Part shown: one piece after another, positions 48,992 to 62,375 of the stretch
How positions within the stretch are numbered: position 1 is the stretch's first letter
Layout of the letters: every line of letters begins with the position of its first letter
From: Macrostomum hystrix
Taxonomy: Eukaryota; Animalia; Platyhelminthes
Assembly: GCA_950097015.1 (NCBI GenBank)
Contig: CATNEN010000001.1
Coordinates: 1,612,001 to 1,676,000, forward strand
DNA length: 64,000 nucleotides
Direction of reading: 5' to 3'
Program-made: the position numbers and the translations under genes
Notes under the pieces: model-generated
What the model saw: the letters and a program-made list of their open reading frames with translations, nothing else
Told to the model about the DNA's origin: nothing
Databases searched by the model: none

Positions 48992-51900
48992 GCTAACAAA
49001 TCAGTGCAAGCATCAGCCACCAAGTGGCTTTGCAGTTGCTACAACTCCAAAACTCCATGGTCCAAGTTGTATAACGATAATCAATATTATAACTATCTAT
49101 CTAGTGGTTCTACAGCTGCAAATTGTCTGCCAATATGCAGACAACAATTGTGCCTTCGTCTAGTGGTCTATCCAATCCTGGTAGTGGAAATCAACAGACT
49201 ATTTCTAGTCTGGCTACACTCCAAGGAGCACCAACAGCTACTATTATACAAGTAAGTGCTTGGTCTAAATTTAGTCTATTTTTAGTTAGAATTAAAGTTT
49301 GAAAGCTATTAAATTGTACTCTAATGATTTTTAACCAGGTGGGCTCATCCAAGGTTATGCCTGGTACGCCTGGTCAGCATATTATCTCCAGTCAAAATGG
49401 CCAGTTCATTATAACTACTAGCGGTGGTAATAAAATTAGTAAGTAGCTTTTTAAATTAGGATTTTACCATTTTACCTTGAAATGCATTGTCAGCTTAATT
49501 GAGCTCAATGTCTCACCATTGTCAATGCTCAGTCACAACAGAGCACCAGACATCGTCTCAATTGAATTCGGACACTATTGCACTGCCATCTGGCAATCAG
49601 ACTGGCGGCACTAACCAGACAGCAACTGTGCAAACTATTTATCCTGTACAGTATATTGATGCCAGCGATCAACAAGTATTTGGGCCTGGATCCAATACTC
49701 AAATGTAAGTCTTTGTTTGCAGTTCTTAATTAAATAGAAAACTTTTACATAATTTCTAATTTAGATTTCTTCTTTTTCTCTCTAATATAGCGAGTACATT
49801 GAGATCAGCAATGGAAAATCGATTACAAAGCCGGTTCAAAGCTCCATTAAGACTGGGTGAGTTCTATATGAAGCATGTCTGTAAATTTACCCAGTTTTAT
49901 TAATACTTTACGATTACCTATATATTTCAGTCAGTACCAGGACTATACGTCGATGTACACCACAACACAGGTTGGCAGTGGTGCCGCCTATTACACTCAA
50001 ACGGCTAGTGGACAGGTTTGTTAGTTTGAATTTTATCATTCGTTTACTTTTGTGTATTGTCGAGTCTTTCAGTTTATTTCTCAGAAAATTTAGTTTATTT
50101 CTCGAGTCTTTCAGTCTCTTTCTCGAGTCTTTCAGTCTGTTTCTCGAGTCTTTCAGTCTGTTTCTCGAGTCTTTCAGTCTGTTTCTCGAGTCTTTCAGTC
50201 TGTTTCTCGAGTCTTTCAGTCTGTTTCTCGAGTCTTTCAGTCTCTTTCTCGAGTCTTTCAGTCTCTTTCTCGAGTCTTTCAGTCTCTTTCTCGAGTCTTT
50301 CAGTCTGTTTCTCGAGTCTTTCAGTCTGTTTCTCGAGTCTTTCAGTCTCTTTCTCGAGTCTTTCAGTCTCTTTCTCGAGTCTTTCAGTCTGTTTCTCGAG
50401 TCTTTCAGTCTGTTTCTCGAGTCTTTCAGTCTGTTTCTCGAGTCTTTCAGTTTATTTCTCTGGTCTTTCCGTTCATTTCTAGGACCTATTAGTTTGTTTC
50501 TATAGTCTTTTTAGGTTATTCCTGGCGTAATTAATTTGAATTTTCGAGTCTTTGATTTCATTTCTAATAAAAAATCCCTTTGCAAAATGCGCATACGAGA
50601 ACTCCCGTTTATTTCTTTTCAATTCAAGATCCGTGAACTGGTGCCATCTTCGCATTTGCAACTGCAGGCCCAGTTTGTAACGCAGCATGGCGCCATTGTA
50701 GTGCAGGGTATAGATGACGGATCGGCCGGCATTGGGCACACCACTAGAGCTAGTCCGGCCACTGTGAGTCACAACTCGTTAGATTTACATTCGCTTTGTA
50801 TTTTCTGTCTACTAGGATACTTATCTAGGTCGAAACTCGAATATCTATAGATTAAGTCTAATTATATATATACCAAGTCTATAAGATCTAAGTCAAATCT
50901 ACTTAAAAATCTGAGTAAGCCTAGATCCAATTTACTAAGATAAAGTTTGAGTCAATTTAGATTTAGCTTGAGTCTACTAACTTAGATCTAGGTCGAGTCT
51001 ATTTAGATCTAGGTCGAGTCTATTTAGATCTAGGTCGAGTCTATTTAGATCTAGGTCGAGTCTATTTAGATCTATTTCGAGTCTATTTAGATCTATTTCG
51101 AGTCTATTTAGATCTAGGTCGAGTCTATTTAGATCTAGGTCGAGTCTATTTAGATCTAGGTCGAGTCTATTTAGATCTAGGTCGAGTCTATTTAGATCTA
51201 GGTCGAGTCTATTTAGATCTAGGTCGAGTCTATTTAGATCTAGGTCGAGTCTATTTCGATCTAGGTCGAGTCTATTTAGATCTAGGTCGAGTCTATTTAG
51301 ATCTATTTCGAGTCTATTTAGATATATTTCGAGTCTATTTAGATCTAGGTCGAGTCTATTTAGATCTAGGTCGAGTCTATTTAGATCTATTTCGAGTCTA
51401 TTTAGATCTATTTCGAGTCTATTTAGATCTAGGTCGAGTCTATTTAGATCTAGGTCGAGTCTATTTAGATCTAGGTCGAGTCTATTTAGATCTAGGTCGA
51501 GTCTATTTAGATCTAGGTCGAGTCTACTTAGATCTAGGTCGAGTCTATTTAGATCTAGGTCGAGTCTATTTAGATCTAGGTCGAGTCTATTTCGATCTAG
51601 GTCGAGTCTATTTAGATCTAGGTCGAGTCTATTTAGATCTATTTCGAGTCTATTTAGATCTATTTCGAGTCTATTTAGATCTAGGTCGAGTCTATTTAGA
51701 TCTAGGTCGAGTCTATTTAGATCTAGGTCGAGTCTATTTAGATCTATTTCGAGTCTATTTAGATCTAGGTCGAGTCTATTTAGATCTAGGTCGAGTCTAT
51801 TTAGATCTAGGTCGAGTCTATTTCGATCTAGGTCGAGTCTACTTAGATCTAGGTCGAGTCTATTTAGATCTAGGTCGAGTCTATTTAGAGCTGTAATGAA

Positions 51901-54900
51901 ATTTACTCACAGTTTGAGCTCTCATATCAAGTGTGAGCCAAAGTGAAATCTATTTACAGTCAAGTATATTCCAATGGTCTATAACCCAACCTTTTCAATA
52001 CCATGGCAGGTTGAATGGCTCCGTGAGAACTATGAAACAGCCGACGGGGTCTCGTTGCCCCGTTCTACTCTCTACAATCACTATCTGCGCCACTGCCAGG
52101 AGCAGAAGATTGACCCAATGAATCCGGCTAGCTTTGGCAAACTGATTCGATCAGTCTTTGTCGGATTAAGAACTAGAAGATTGGGTACTAGGTAAGCTAT
52201 TCTATCCTTACCTGTTTTGAGATTTTAAATGCGAGAATAAATTAACAAATTTCATTTCTTGCTTTGTATTACACAGAGGCAACTCAAAATACCACTACTA
52301 TGGCATACGAATTAAACCCGAGTCAACTTTGAGTCAATTAACCGACGATAATAGCATGCTTCGCCGATATAGGCCAGATGCTTCCTCAATGGGCAGGTGA
52401 GACCATTTCAATTAATGTTTCTGGATATTAATGCATCAATCTAAATTATTATAATGACTAGAGTTGAGGCACTCTCACTCTCTCACACTCTCCAACACCC
52501 CTGTCTCTATCCCTTTCTCATACTCTCCCACTCTCCCACTCTCTCTCCTACTCTCCCACTCTCTCTCCTACTCTCCCACTCTCTCTCCTACTCTCCCACT
52601 CTCTCTCCTACTCTCCCACTATCTCTTCTACTTTCCCACTCTCTCTCCTACTCTCCCACTCTCTATCCTACTCTCCTACTCTCTCTCCTACTCTCTCACT
52701 CTCTCTCCTACTCTCCCACTCTCTCCTACTCTCCCACTCTCTCCTACTCTCCCACTCTCCTGCTCTCCCACTCTCTCTCTCATATTCTCCCACTCTCTCT
52801 CTCTCCCACTCTCTCTCTCCTACTCTCCCACTCTCTCTCTCATACTCTCCCACTCTCTCTCTCCTACTCTCCTACTCCTACTCTCTCTCTCCTACTCTCC
52901 CACTCTCTCCTACTCTCCTACTCTCTCTCTCCTATTCTCCCACTCTCTCTCTCATACTCTCCCACTCTCTCTCTCCCACTCTCTCTCTCCTACTCTCCCA
53001 CTCTCTCTCATACTCTCCCACTCTCTCTCTCCTACTCTCTCTCTCCTACTCTCCCACTCTCTCTCTCTCCTACTCTCCCACTCTCTCTCTCCTACTCTCC
53101 CACTCTCTCTCTCTCCTACTCTCCCACTCTCTCTCTCCTACTCTCTCTCTCTCATACTCTCCCACTCTCTCTCTCTCTCTCCTACTCTCTCTCTCCTACT
53201 CTCCCACTCTCTCTCTCCTACTCTCCCACTCTCTCTCCTACTCTCCCACTCTCTCTCTCATACTCTCCCACTCTCTCTCTCTCCCACTCTCTCTCTCATA
53301 CTCTCCCACTCTCTCTCTCCCACTCTCTCTCTCATACTCTCCCACTCTCTCTCTCCTACTCCTACTCTCTCTCCTACTCTCCCACTCTCTCCTACTCTCC
53401 TACTCTCTCTCCTATTCTCCCACTCTCTCTCTCATACTCTCCCACTATCTCTCTCTCCTACTCTCTCTCTCCTACTCTCCCACTCTTCCACTCCTGCTCT
53501 TTGTCTAATAATTCAAATCCGCGCTAAAACTGTTATCAACCTCCATTCCAATCGGTTCTAAAATTGAACAGATTCAAAGGCCCCTCCAAGATGGAGCCGG
53601 GCACTGATTACGGAGGCGGCGGAATCGGCGGCACGCAGCCAGTGGTGGACGATCCGTCTCAGCACGCCCAGTTTCTCGGTGACGCCAGCTCAGCCCTGCC
53701 CGTATTCAATCAGATCATTGTTAGCCACACACATCTGCCAGATGGTATTCGTCTCCGCGATGTGGCCGCATTTCAAGAGCTCTACGTTGAACACTGCGAA
53801 AGCATTCTAGACACCGTTGTTAATCTGCAGTTCCAAATGGTAGAAAAAGTTTGGCTACAATTCTGGCGCAAGGTTGATTACAGGTGAGATAATATTATGC
53901 TCACTAGTCTCATTCTTGAATAATGATTGGCTTTCCTAGTATTGTTCATTCGTTCTGCTACATTCTCCGAATCTCAACTTCGTCTACTAGATTCACAGAA
54001 TCTCACCTTCTTCCACTTGGTTTACAAAATCTCACCTTCGTCCACTAGATTAACAGAATCTCATATTCGTCTACTAGATTTACAAAATCTCAGATTCGTC
54101 CACTAGATTCTTAAAATCTCACCTGATAAATTCCTAAAATCTCACATGCTAGATTCTCAAAATCTCCCATTCTAGGTTCTCAAAATCTCACATTCTAGAT
54201 AATCAAAATCTCACATTCTAGGTTCTCAAAATCTCACATTCTAGATTCTCAAAATCTTACATTCTAGGTTCTCAAAATCTCACATTCTAGATTCTCAAAA
54301 TCTCACATTCTAGATTCTCAAAATTCTAGATCGTTCAACTAGACTCTCAAAATCTCGCATTAAAGCCTTTTGAGTAGAAAGTGTTCTACTGAGATATTAG
54401 AATTTTGCTAGCTCATAGGCCAGGCAATCAAGCTTTACTAGCCCTTCGCTTTATTCAATTAAATTTCCAGTCTATGGATGCCACATAGCATACGCCCAGT
54501 TAGCCTTATAGAAGTTTCCTTAATTAGTGTACAATAATATATTCAGACTGTTGACCCCCCAGTAAGCTATTGTCCATTTGGCTTCCAGCTGGGGCACTAC
54601 TTATTCTTCCCTTTAGCGATTTAAATTGACTGGCTCTCAGCTTTTCATTCTCTGATCTTTGAGTATGCACTATTCTAGATTTTATCTCAGCACTATAGCT
54701 TCAAAGATATCAGTAATATTCTATTCTAAATTTTACGGAAAAAAACTCAACTTTGCCTACTATCAGTAGTACCGTGTGCAAAATATGTAATTATTTCTCT
54801 ACAATTTACAGCTCATCCGAGGCCAAACTGCCACACCAGAAGCTGCTAACTTTATGCCAGTTAGAGTGTGTGCAGAGCTACGTTCGCGACTCGGACTACG

Positions 54901-56762
54901 CATTCTATCAGAGCCTAGTTGAAGTGCTCATTCCTAATGTTTTGAGGCCAATACCGAGTACCCTGACTCAGGCTATACGCAATTTCGCCAAATCTTTAGA
55001 CGCCTGGCTGCGTCGCGCTTTGGAAGGCGTCTGCGAGTCAATGATCGAATTGAAGCTCAACGCTTTGAACGCTTTCGCGCAAACATTGCGGCGCTATACT
55101 AGCCTGAATCATCTGGCTCAGGTAAGGTCGCTGGTTCGAGTCCAGTTGCGAGTTATTTTAGGGATCTATATATAGGGGATACGCTTAGATGCTGGCTATG
55201 GGATTTATAAAGCATTGATTTGAATGGCTAAATATCATTATCTTGATTTCAACCATCGCAGGCTGCTCGCGCTGTCCTAGGAAACGCCGGCCAGATAGCC
55301 CAAATGCTGACCGATCTCAATCGCGTAGACTTTGCCAACGTTCAAGAGCAGGCTAGCTGGGTGTGCCACTGCAGCCAGGCCGTTGTTGCTCAAGTTGAAG
55401 CTGATTTTAAAAAGATTCTGCAGGAGGGCAGCTCGCTGGAACAATGGGCGGACTGGCTGGATTCAGTTGTCACTTCTGTGCTTGGCGAGCATGAGGACTC
55501 CGACGTGCTGGTGAGTAGCTATGCGATGGGAGCCTGAGGTGAAGACTGGGTGGTCGAATGCGAACATGGGAGAGGAAATAGGGAAAATTGGTAGGGAGAG
55601 GGGAATGAGAATGGAGAGGAGAAGATGGGAAGGGAGAAGGGAAGATTAGTAGGGAGAGGTAAGGATAGGAATAGAGAGGGTAATATGGGAATAGAGAGGG
55701 GAATATGGGAATGGAGAGGCGGAATATGGGAATAGAGAGGGGAATATGGGAATGGAGAGGGGAAGATGGGAATAGAGAGGGGAAGATGGGAATAGAGAGG
55801 GAAGATGGGAATGTAGAGGGGAAGATTTGAAGAGAGATGGGAAACTGAGAGCGGGGTAATAGATAAGAATTGTAAATAAAAAAGAAGACTACAATGAAAC
55901 GAAGATAATTATCAAAAATATTCTGCCATCGCCGCAGGTTCGCGCCGCACGTCACTTCCTATTGAAATGGAGCTTCTACGCCTCTCTGGTGATTCGCGAC
56001 CTGACCCTTCGATCAGCCGCCAGCTTTGGCAGTTTCCACCTAATTCGCCTACTATTCGATGAGTACATGTTCTACCTGGTTGAGCACAAGGTGTCGGATT
56101 ATTTAGCGCTGAGCCCAGTGGCTGTCATGGCTGAATTGGGCAAGCAGCCTGACCCTACTGAGCTGCCCGACACCAGAGCCTACCGACCTAGCAGCGTCGG
56201 CATCGGCGGTGGCGGCGGCGGCTCCTCTTCGTCTTTGCCCAGCCCCGTAGGCGTCGGCAGCAAAGACGTCGCCAGGCCACCTTCATCCGGCGTCGCCTCG
56301 TCGACCGCGTCGGCATCCGCCGCGGCCAGCATTGAGCCGCCAGCGATTCGAGTGCCGCCGAAGCCGCACCTGTCCGGCAGCTTCACTTCGTCACTGTTGA
56401 ATCTGGCCGCTGAGACCGCCGGCAGTCCGCCGCCAATCGGTCCCGCAGCCGCAGCCGCCAACGCTACGGCTGGCGGTTCCTCGTCAGTGTCCGTATCGTC
56501 CGGCGGCACTCCCATTGCTATTCCGGCCCAACAGTTCACCGGAGCTTCGGTTGGCTCGGCGCCCTTCCAGGTGACTGTCTCTCTGCAGCCTGGCGGCGCC
56601 GCTCGCCTTGGCCCGCCGATGTCCGCGCCGGCTGCTGCCGTTCAGGCGACTCCTCCAGCTATCGTGCTGCATCAGCAGGGTATCGCTATACCCGCCGATC
56701 AGTTGCACCTGCAGCAACAGCAGGACGGCAATCTTGGTGCAAAACGAGCCAAACTTGAATAG
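48992..56762 (+). CDS. RFX: RFX transcription factor (RFX1/2/3, daf-19 type). Confident exons 50629-50763, 52010-52191, 52277-52396, 53572-53883, 54812-55121, 55262-55510, 55938-56762; probable small 5' exons between 48992 and 50014; start codon not located
   Basis: Winged-helix [36 protein letters not shown]...[42 protein letters not shown] domains [46 protein letters not shown] and [30 protein letters not shown]. Confidence 0.95.
50058..50460. repeat. 21-bp minisatellite (CTCGAGTCTTTCAGTCTGTTT) in an RFX intron
   Basis: Tandem units; source of the FLESFSL ORF. Confidence 0.95.
50980..51888. repeat. 21-bp minisatellite (ATTTAGATCTAGGTCGAGTCT) in the intron splitting the RFX DBD
   Basis: About 43 units, each containing the palindromes TAGATCTA and TCGA. 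Confidence 0.96.
52480..53495. repeat. CT-rich low-complexity repeat (CTACTCTCCCACTCTCTCTC) in an RFX intron
   Basis: Directly visible; explains the 357-aa and 365-aa S/L/P pseudo-ORFs. Confidence 0.93.
53965..54360. repeat. Degenerate 26-32 bp repeat (CTAGATTCTCAAAATCTCACATT) in an RFX intron
   Basis: Recurring AAAATCTCAC/CTAGATT units. Confidence 0.8.
55565..55855. repeat. Purine-rich ~20-bp repeat (GGGAATAGAGAGGGGAAGAT) in the last RFX intron
   Basis: Tandem units visible. Confidence 0.85.
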
Positions 56763-58124
56763 TTATCTTAGCGCATATACCACTGTTTTGCCTCTCAGTT
56801 GCTTCTGTTAGGTCTTTATCCAACTCTCTATCCGTCAGTTTGGCAGGTCTTTATCCGATTCGTTATCCGTCTCTTTGGTAGGTCTTTATCCAACTCTCTA
56901 CCCTACTCTTTTGTAGTCATTTTCTTTCCTCCCTAACCTAGTTTGGTCGGTCTTCAATTCGTTTTAGCTAATTGTTTTTAAAAATAGCATTATTTGACTA
57001 ATAGGTTTGTGGTCCAATAAAATATGGAATTTCATATTGTATTATTGAAAGCTTGTATCAACCATTTCCTTATCTCTGAAGCTGTTCTCAATCTTCTATC
57101 CGCTCTTACTCTTCCCTGTAGTAGTACAAGTGTTTTATAGAACTCAATGTTTGTGTACATATGCATACTACTTGCAGTAGTTGAATACATGCTGTTGCCT
57201 TAAACTGCTTCTTCATAAATTTAGTGTAAAATGTAAATTATTTGTCGACGGTTATTTATATAACATTACCAAGACTCCATCCGCACAAGACAGAAACCAA
57301 TTATGTGCCGTAGTTTGCTGTTGCATTTCCTTTATCTGAGTAGAGATTTATCACAAAGTAGGACAGCGAATTTTTTGTTATAATCTTCACCATTCTGCTT
57401 TGACTTATACTTCCTTGCTTGAGTGAATGTTTTTTGTTATTTTCTGTTTCTCTTCTTTTTCCAAGTTTATTTTCAAATTCTACTATTAGTAGTCTAAATA
57501 TTGAGCTGATCTAGTTTTTTTAGTTTCCGTCCGAAATTTGAAAAGAAGGAAAGAGGCACACGGGACTCTTTGCCTAATTACATTTGTTTGGTTTCTTATT
57601 ATTTTTTATTTGCTTTTATTTTAAGCAAAGTAGAAAGTCGGCTTGACTTGAAGGCGTTTTTTCTTCTCTAATAATTTTAAACTGCTGCGCTTAACTCGCA
57701 TTCCTACCGCTGTGCTTTTCTCTGGCTACATCCCATAACAACTGTTGCCTTGTTCTCGTTTATTATCTGTTTTCTATTATTTTATTGTCTGTTGAATTCT
57801 TTCGCTTCTCTTCGAAAAGAATAGTCGGCAACGTGTAGTTACATTCGTTAGTGACTAACCAATAGATTAGAACATCACGGATAAATTTCTAATCTTTCCT
57901 CCTTCCACTATTTATTTTACACCGTTTGTTTTCCTATTCGCAAATACATTGTTAATTTGTGCGGCGTTGATACACAAAAGTGCACTTTTTTTAATTGTAC
58001 GGACAAAGTATGAGTAGATAAAATATGACCCTCTGGCTCTTAAAAATACTAAGCAAAGTAAGATATGATATACTGTTTATTTCTATAAAAATGTTCCACA
58101 AAATAATAAAATGTAATAAAAACA

Positions 58125-58335
58125 ACACCTATACCAGTTGGGCCAGGCGCTGATGCTGTACCAGGCTGTGTACAGCTAATCAGTCCGTGGACTGAGTTTA
58201 CACCCCCAGTACCCATTTTACCCATTTGAAGCGATGACGAATGTTTTGTCTTGCTCAAATATACAAATTTCCTATTCTGGCTAAGATTCGAACTCCCGAT
58301 CCCTTAGTCAAATGTTCCATTAAGCAACCACTCTA
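58125..58335 (-). mobile_element. Degenerate SINE family B-related copy
   Basis: CAGTCCGTGGACTG hairpin, GTACCCATTTTAC and a B-box-like GAGTTCGAATC on the minus strand. Confidence 0.5.
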
Positions 58336-59456
58336 ACTTTCAGGCAACAAAGACTACCAATGGCGTATTGGCACTAGCGCAAGGGAGCGCAATAAGTGCA
58401 GATGCAAAGGCTAAGATAAATTTTAACCGGATATTTTAATGTCTGACGATAGAAATGAAAAAACGACGAAGAATGTTTACACTGTAAAAAGATCTAGTTT
58501 TTTTGAGAGAGGTAATTAGTCATGAAAATATAGAGCAACACAAGATCTAGCGAGAGGCAAATATATTGCATAAAAACGAAATGCGCATGGGGAAAGATTC
58601 GCGACGAAAAAGTCGCGAATTTATTGGCAAAGGAGAAAAAACAGACAGCTAAAAAAGAAAATAAGACGAGACAGAAAGGTGGAGAAGCAAACAAACATTT
58701 AGATTTTAGATTTGTTATAACCCGTTTCATCATTTCTTGAAAATTCACTACAAGATAGGACATTCTGCCGTACGAATAGCCACTACCTATCTCTAAAGGA
58801 ATGACAAATGCAAATATAACGACATTGGTCTGGAGTTGCAGATCTGTTGCAGAGAATACATTTAGTTAGGATACAATGGAAGAAAACTTCAGGTAGAAAA
58901 TTCAGCCCAAAGTCTACTCAAAGAAGATAGCTAGGTAGTCTACTCTTTGTTTCTAAAAAAGGGTTAATTTAAGTTAGCATGCAGTTGCCAAAATGCTTAA
59001 TGCGGTCCGAATTGCTTCTGCATGATTATCGTTTACTGTAAGAGTGAAGTATTGCTTTACTCATGTGTAAAACTGTTTAAAGATACAAATTATTCACATG
59101 CTGACTATGTAGTATGATTTTGGTTTTACTTTTTTCTCATATTTTTTGTTTAAAAAATTAACAATGCTCATACTTATTTAAAATCTGACGAAAACGAGCC
59201 GGCACCGTTTTTATACTAGTTTACTTCATAACGTTAATTTAGGGTCAACACCAATTTAAAATGGCTAATTACTAACCATAATTACTAATGAAGCTAAAAA
59301 ACTTTGACCATTTCAATCGACAGAATCTTTATGCAAGTCGTGTTTAAAAATATATACATAATGTAGAACATAATTATAGAAATTTATAGCTACACGATTT
59401 AATATTTGACACTTGTCTGTATTCAGATTTTTGTGTAATAAAGTGTATAGGTGTAG

Positions 59457-60110
59457 TAGGGTAATGTATCATCAACCAAACAAGAATGTGTATTTTTTTA
59501 ACTTCAAACTTAAGCTACAGATTTTCTATTTAAGATATGATGATAAATCAAAAGCCAAGTTATAGAAAACAGTTACATCTTTCTAAAAAGTATCTGCTTT
59601 TGCTATTTTTTCAAATAGGAAAAAGTTATTCCTGCTTTTTATCTAAAACCGAACAATGATTTTCATGTATCTTCAAACCAAACAGAGAATTTGATGTTTG
59701 GTACTTTGGTTTTATAATTTGAGTGAGTGGTTTAATATTATTTTAACGAGTGAACTATCATGAATTATGTCATTTGAAAGCATTTTTCATGTTCTATAAA
59801 TAACTACATTTATGGTCATTTAATTGGAAAGCAACCACATACAATCTTCGTCTAAAGTACATACTGAAAAAATGTTGTTAAAAAGTATGCTTTTGCAATA
59901 AAAAATTCTACTGAAACATTTATATCTTTCTTTCCTCTTAATGCTTCATTGCACATTATGCCTCAGCTTGTAGATAATTTCTTCAACTTTCAAATTAGTT
60001 GTTCTGTGAAACACAATAGCTTGTTTCTGTCTTGCACGAGACCAAGGAAGGAGTCAAAATTCTTGTTCGGTTTTGAAGATACACTGTTCGGTTGATGATA
60101 CATTACCCTA
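59457..60110. mobile_element. MITE-like non-autonomous DNA transposon
   Basis: Terminal inverted repeats TAGGGTAATGTATCATCAACC(A/G)AACA ... TGTTCGGTTGATGATACATTACCCTA, with internal repeats of TATCT..AAACCRAACA. No coding capacity. Confidence 0.75.
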
Positions 60111-60455
60111 TGACTATCCAACTGTGACCAACTGATAAAGTTAAGGCTATAAATAGTATATATGTATATTAATTTGTATATTATACAGGCTTCTTTAAAT
60201 ATAAACATATAAAACACTTTAGGTTTTTTAAATCAGCAATCAACATATACTTCACCCACTGTCGTTTGATAGGTCATAAAATGTCTTTTGTATGCCTAGC
60301 TTGCCTGTACCTTCAAATATTAATTTAATTTAGTTAGTGCAAGTCTGCAACTCCTTGTGTTGTACTTGTATATAGACATGAGTATCATCTATGTTTTATC
60401 TGGTAGCAATTATTTCGTCTGAGCTAGTATATGTTATAGACTAGCAAGTTAGTAA

Positions 60456-61091
60456 GGTACCTGGACACTTCATCATCTTACAACTTTGTCATCCAGATGA
60501 CGATCTGTCCAATTTCTCGGAGGGTGTATGAGGAAGTGACTTAAATTTGTGGACACTTTATCATCTGTAAAAATAGTTTTCAAAGTTAGAGCAGAATCAC
60601 CCCTTCCCATATTGTGTTGGCACCTATCTTTCAACTCTTATAATGAAATCAGTTTTGACACCTCTTTTTGACAATTTAGACTTCGAGTATGAAACATGTT
60701 CACATCTCTGCCCTACCATCCCACCCTCACTTTATTCCAAACAAAGCAAGCACAAAAGTATCTCCATAGGGCCTATCCATATACGAGCATTACTTTTCAA
60801 GTTTTCACACCTCTGCCCTACCATCCCACCTCAACCATACATCACTCCATACACAGTTATTTTGTATATAAGGGCAACTGGAATGAAAGGAAGAAAGGAC
60901 TTCAGCCTCATTTTTATATATACTTGTACATATATGCAGAAGCATCTGTGAATTGAGTCTACAGTCATACAGACTACAATGCTTGTTATTAGGCCTAGTA
61001 GATGACAAACTGACCAAACTTTAAAGCATGCCAATTGGCTGGATGACAAAGTGTCCTACCTTCAAAGTAGATGACAAAGTGTCTAGGATCC
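60456..61091. mobile_element. MITE-like element
   Basis: Imperfect TIRs GGTACCTGGACACTTCATCATCT / AGATGACAAAGTGTCTAGGATCC, with subterminal repeats of (GGAC)ACTTTGTCATC. Confidence 0.65.
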
Positions 61092-61168
61092 AAAAGAGAC
61101 TCATTATATTAATCCACAAAGTGTTTTAGATTAGCTATAAAATTGTATCAGATTAAGTTGGTAGCTAG

Positions 61169-61483
61169 ATCATGGGACACAGCCATACATGCGCAACACC
61201 CGGCCGACCCGGCCGAACCGGCCGGGTGAAACGAGGGCCAAGCAAGGTAAGTCGCAAAAACCAATCGACCAAGCGCCAAAAAATCAAAGGGGGGACCAAG
61301 GGACAAAAAAGGAAGGCGTGAAGAAAAGGAAAAAGGGGAGAGAAAAAGAGAGCAAATGAGAGCAAACTAAGTCGTAAATAGAGCAATGAAACAAACTAAG
61401 TCGCAAATGAGAGCAAAAACTAAGTCGCAAGGCCGGCTAAGATTTGGGAGGTTGCGCATGTATGGACACAGCTATCCCATGAT
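61169..61483. mobile_element. MITE-like element
   Basis: Inverted ends ATCATGGGA...CCATACATGCGCAAC / GTTGCGCATGTATGG...TCCCATGAT; internal CTAAGTCGCAA repeats. Confidence 0.65.
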
Positions 61484-62375
61484 ACAATACTGTAGCTGAT
61501 AACTTTATAGAGAAGGCAAGACATATTATATGACTACTGCTGTTGCTGTTTCAGTGGCTTAAGTAGTTGTAGATGCTGCAGATTCTGCTGCTACTGTAGT
61601 TGCAAGTGACAAGTGTTGCTGATATTGGTGCTAAGGCTTTTGCAAGTACTATTGATTCTCGACTACTACTATTGATGTTGCTTTGGTAGTGTAGTTGCTT
61701 AAAAAATGCTGATTTGCATAGAGTATTGCAGTACCAGCAGTTGATTTTTGCCTTTAGTTAGTTTAATTAGCAACTGACCCTTTTTCACCTAGCTGATTTT
61801 ACTAAGACCTGGGTTGGCTAGGTGTTAGGCATGTCTATTTGCTATCATGACAATCTTATATATTCTAACATTTTTTCATTCTAGGCCTACTGGAGAAAAT
61901 TTACTAGAGAAGTCTTAGCAACCTATTCTGAATGCATTATATCACCAATTAGTTTTCCTACTTTAAGTATCATTTGCTTTTTGTTACATCAACATGCTGG
62001 CAAGGGTGGAAAGCCTGCTACAGATTTGAGTATTGGTTGCTAACCTATCAAATCTAAAGGATGACAAACTATTGACAAATTTTAATAATGTTATAGGCTA
62101 CTATTTCTGAGTTTTAAAAATTTAGATCAATGAAGTTCAGTATTTAATGCTTTTATTTGATTAATTGTGACAAATTGCTAATTTATTTTTTGTTATATTT
62201 TAAAATGAATGAAGAAAAAAATGTTTTATCTTGTTTAAAATATATAACAATAAATACTTGTCAATTTTTCTAACTATTGTCCATCTACAATCATATTATG
62301 TACTAATGGAGGCAAGGTATTCACATTTTTTATTGCCAGAAACAAAATGACAAATTTACTTATTGATATTTGCAG

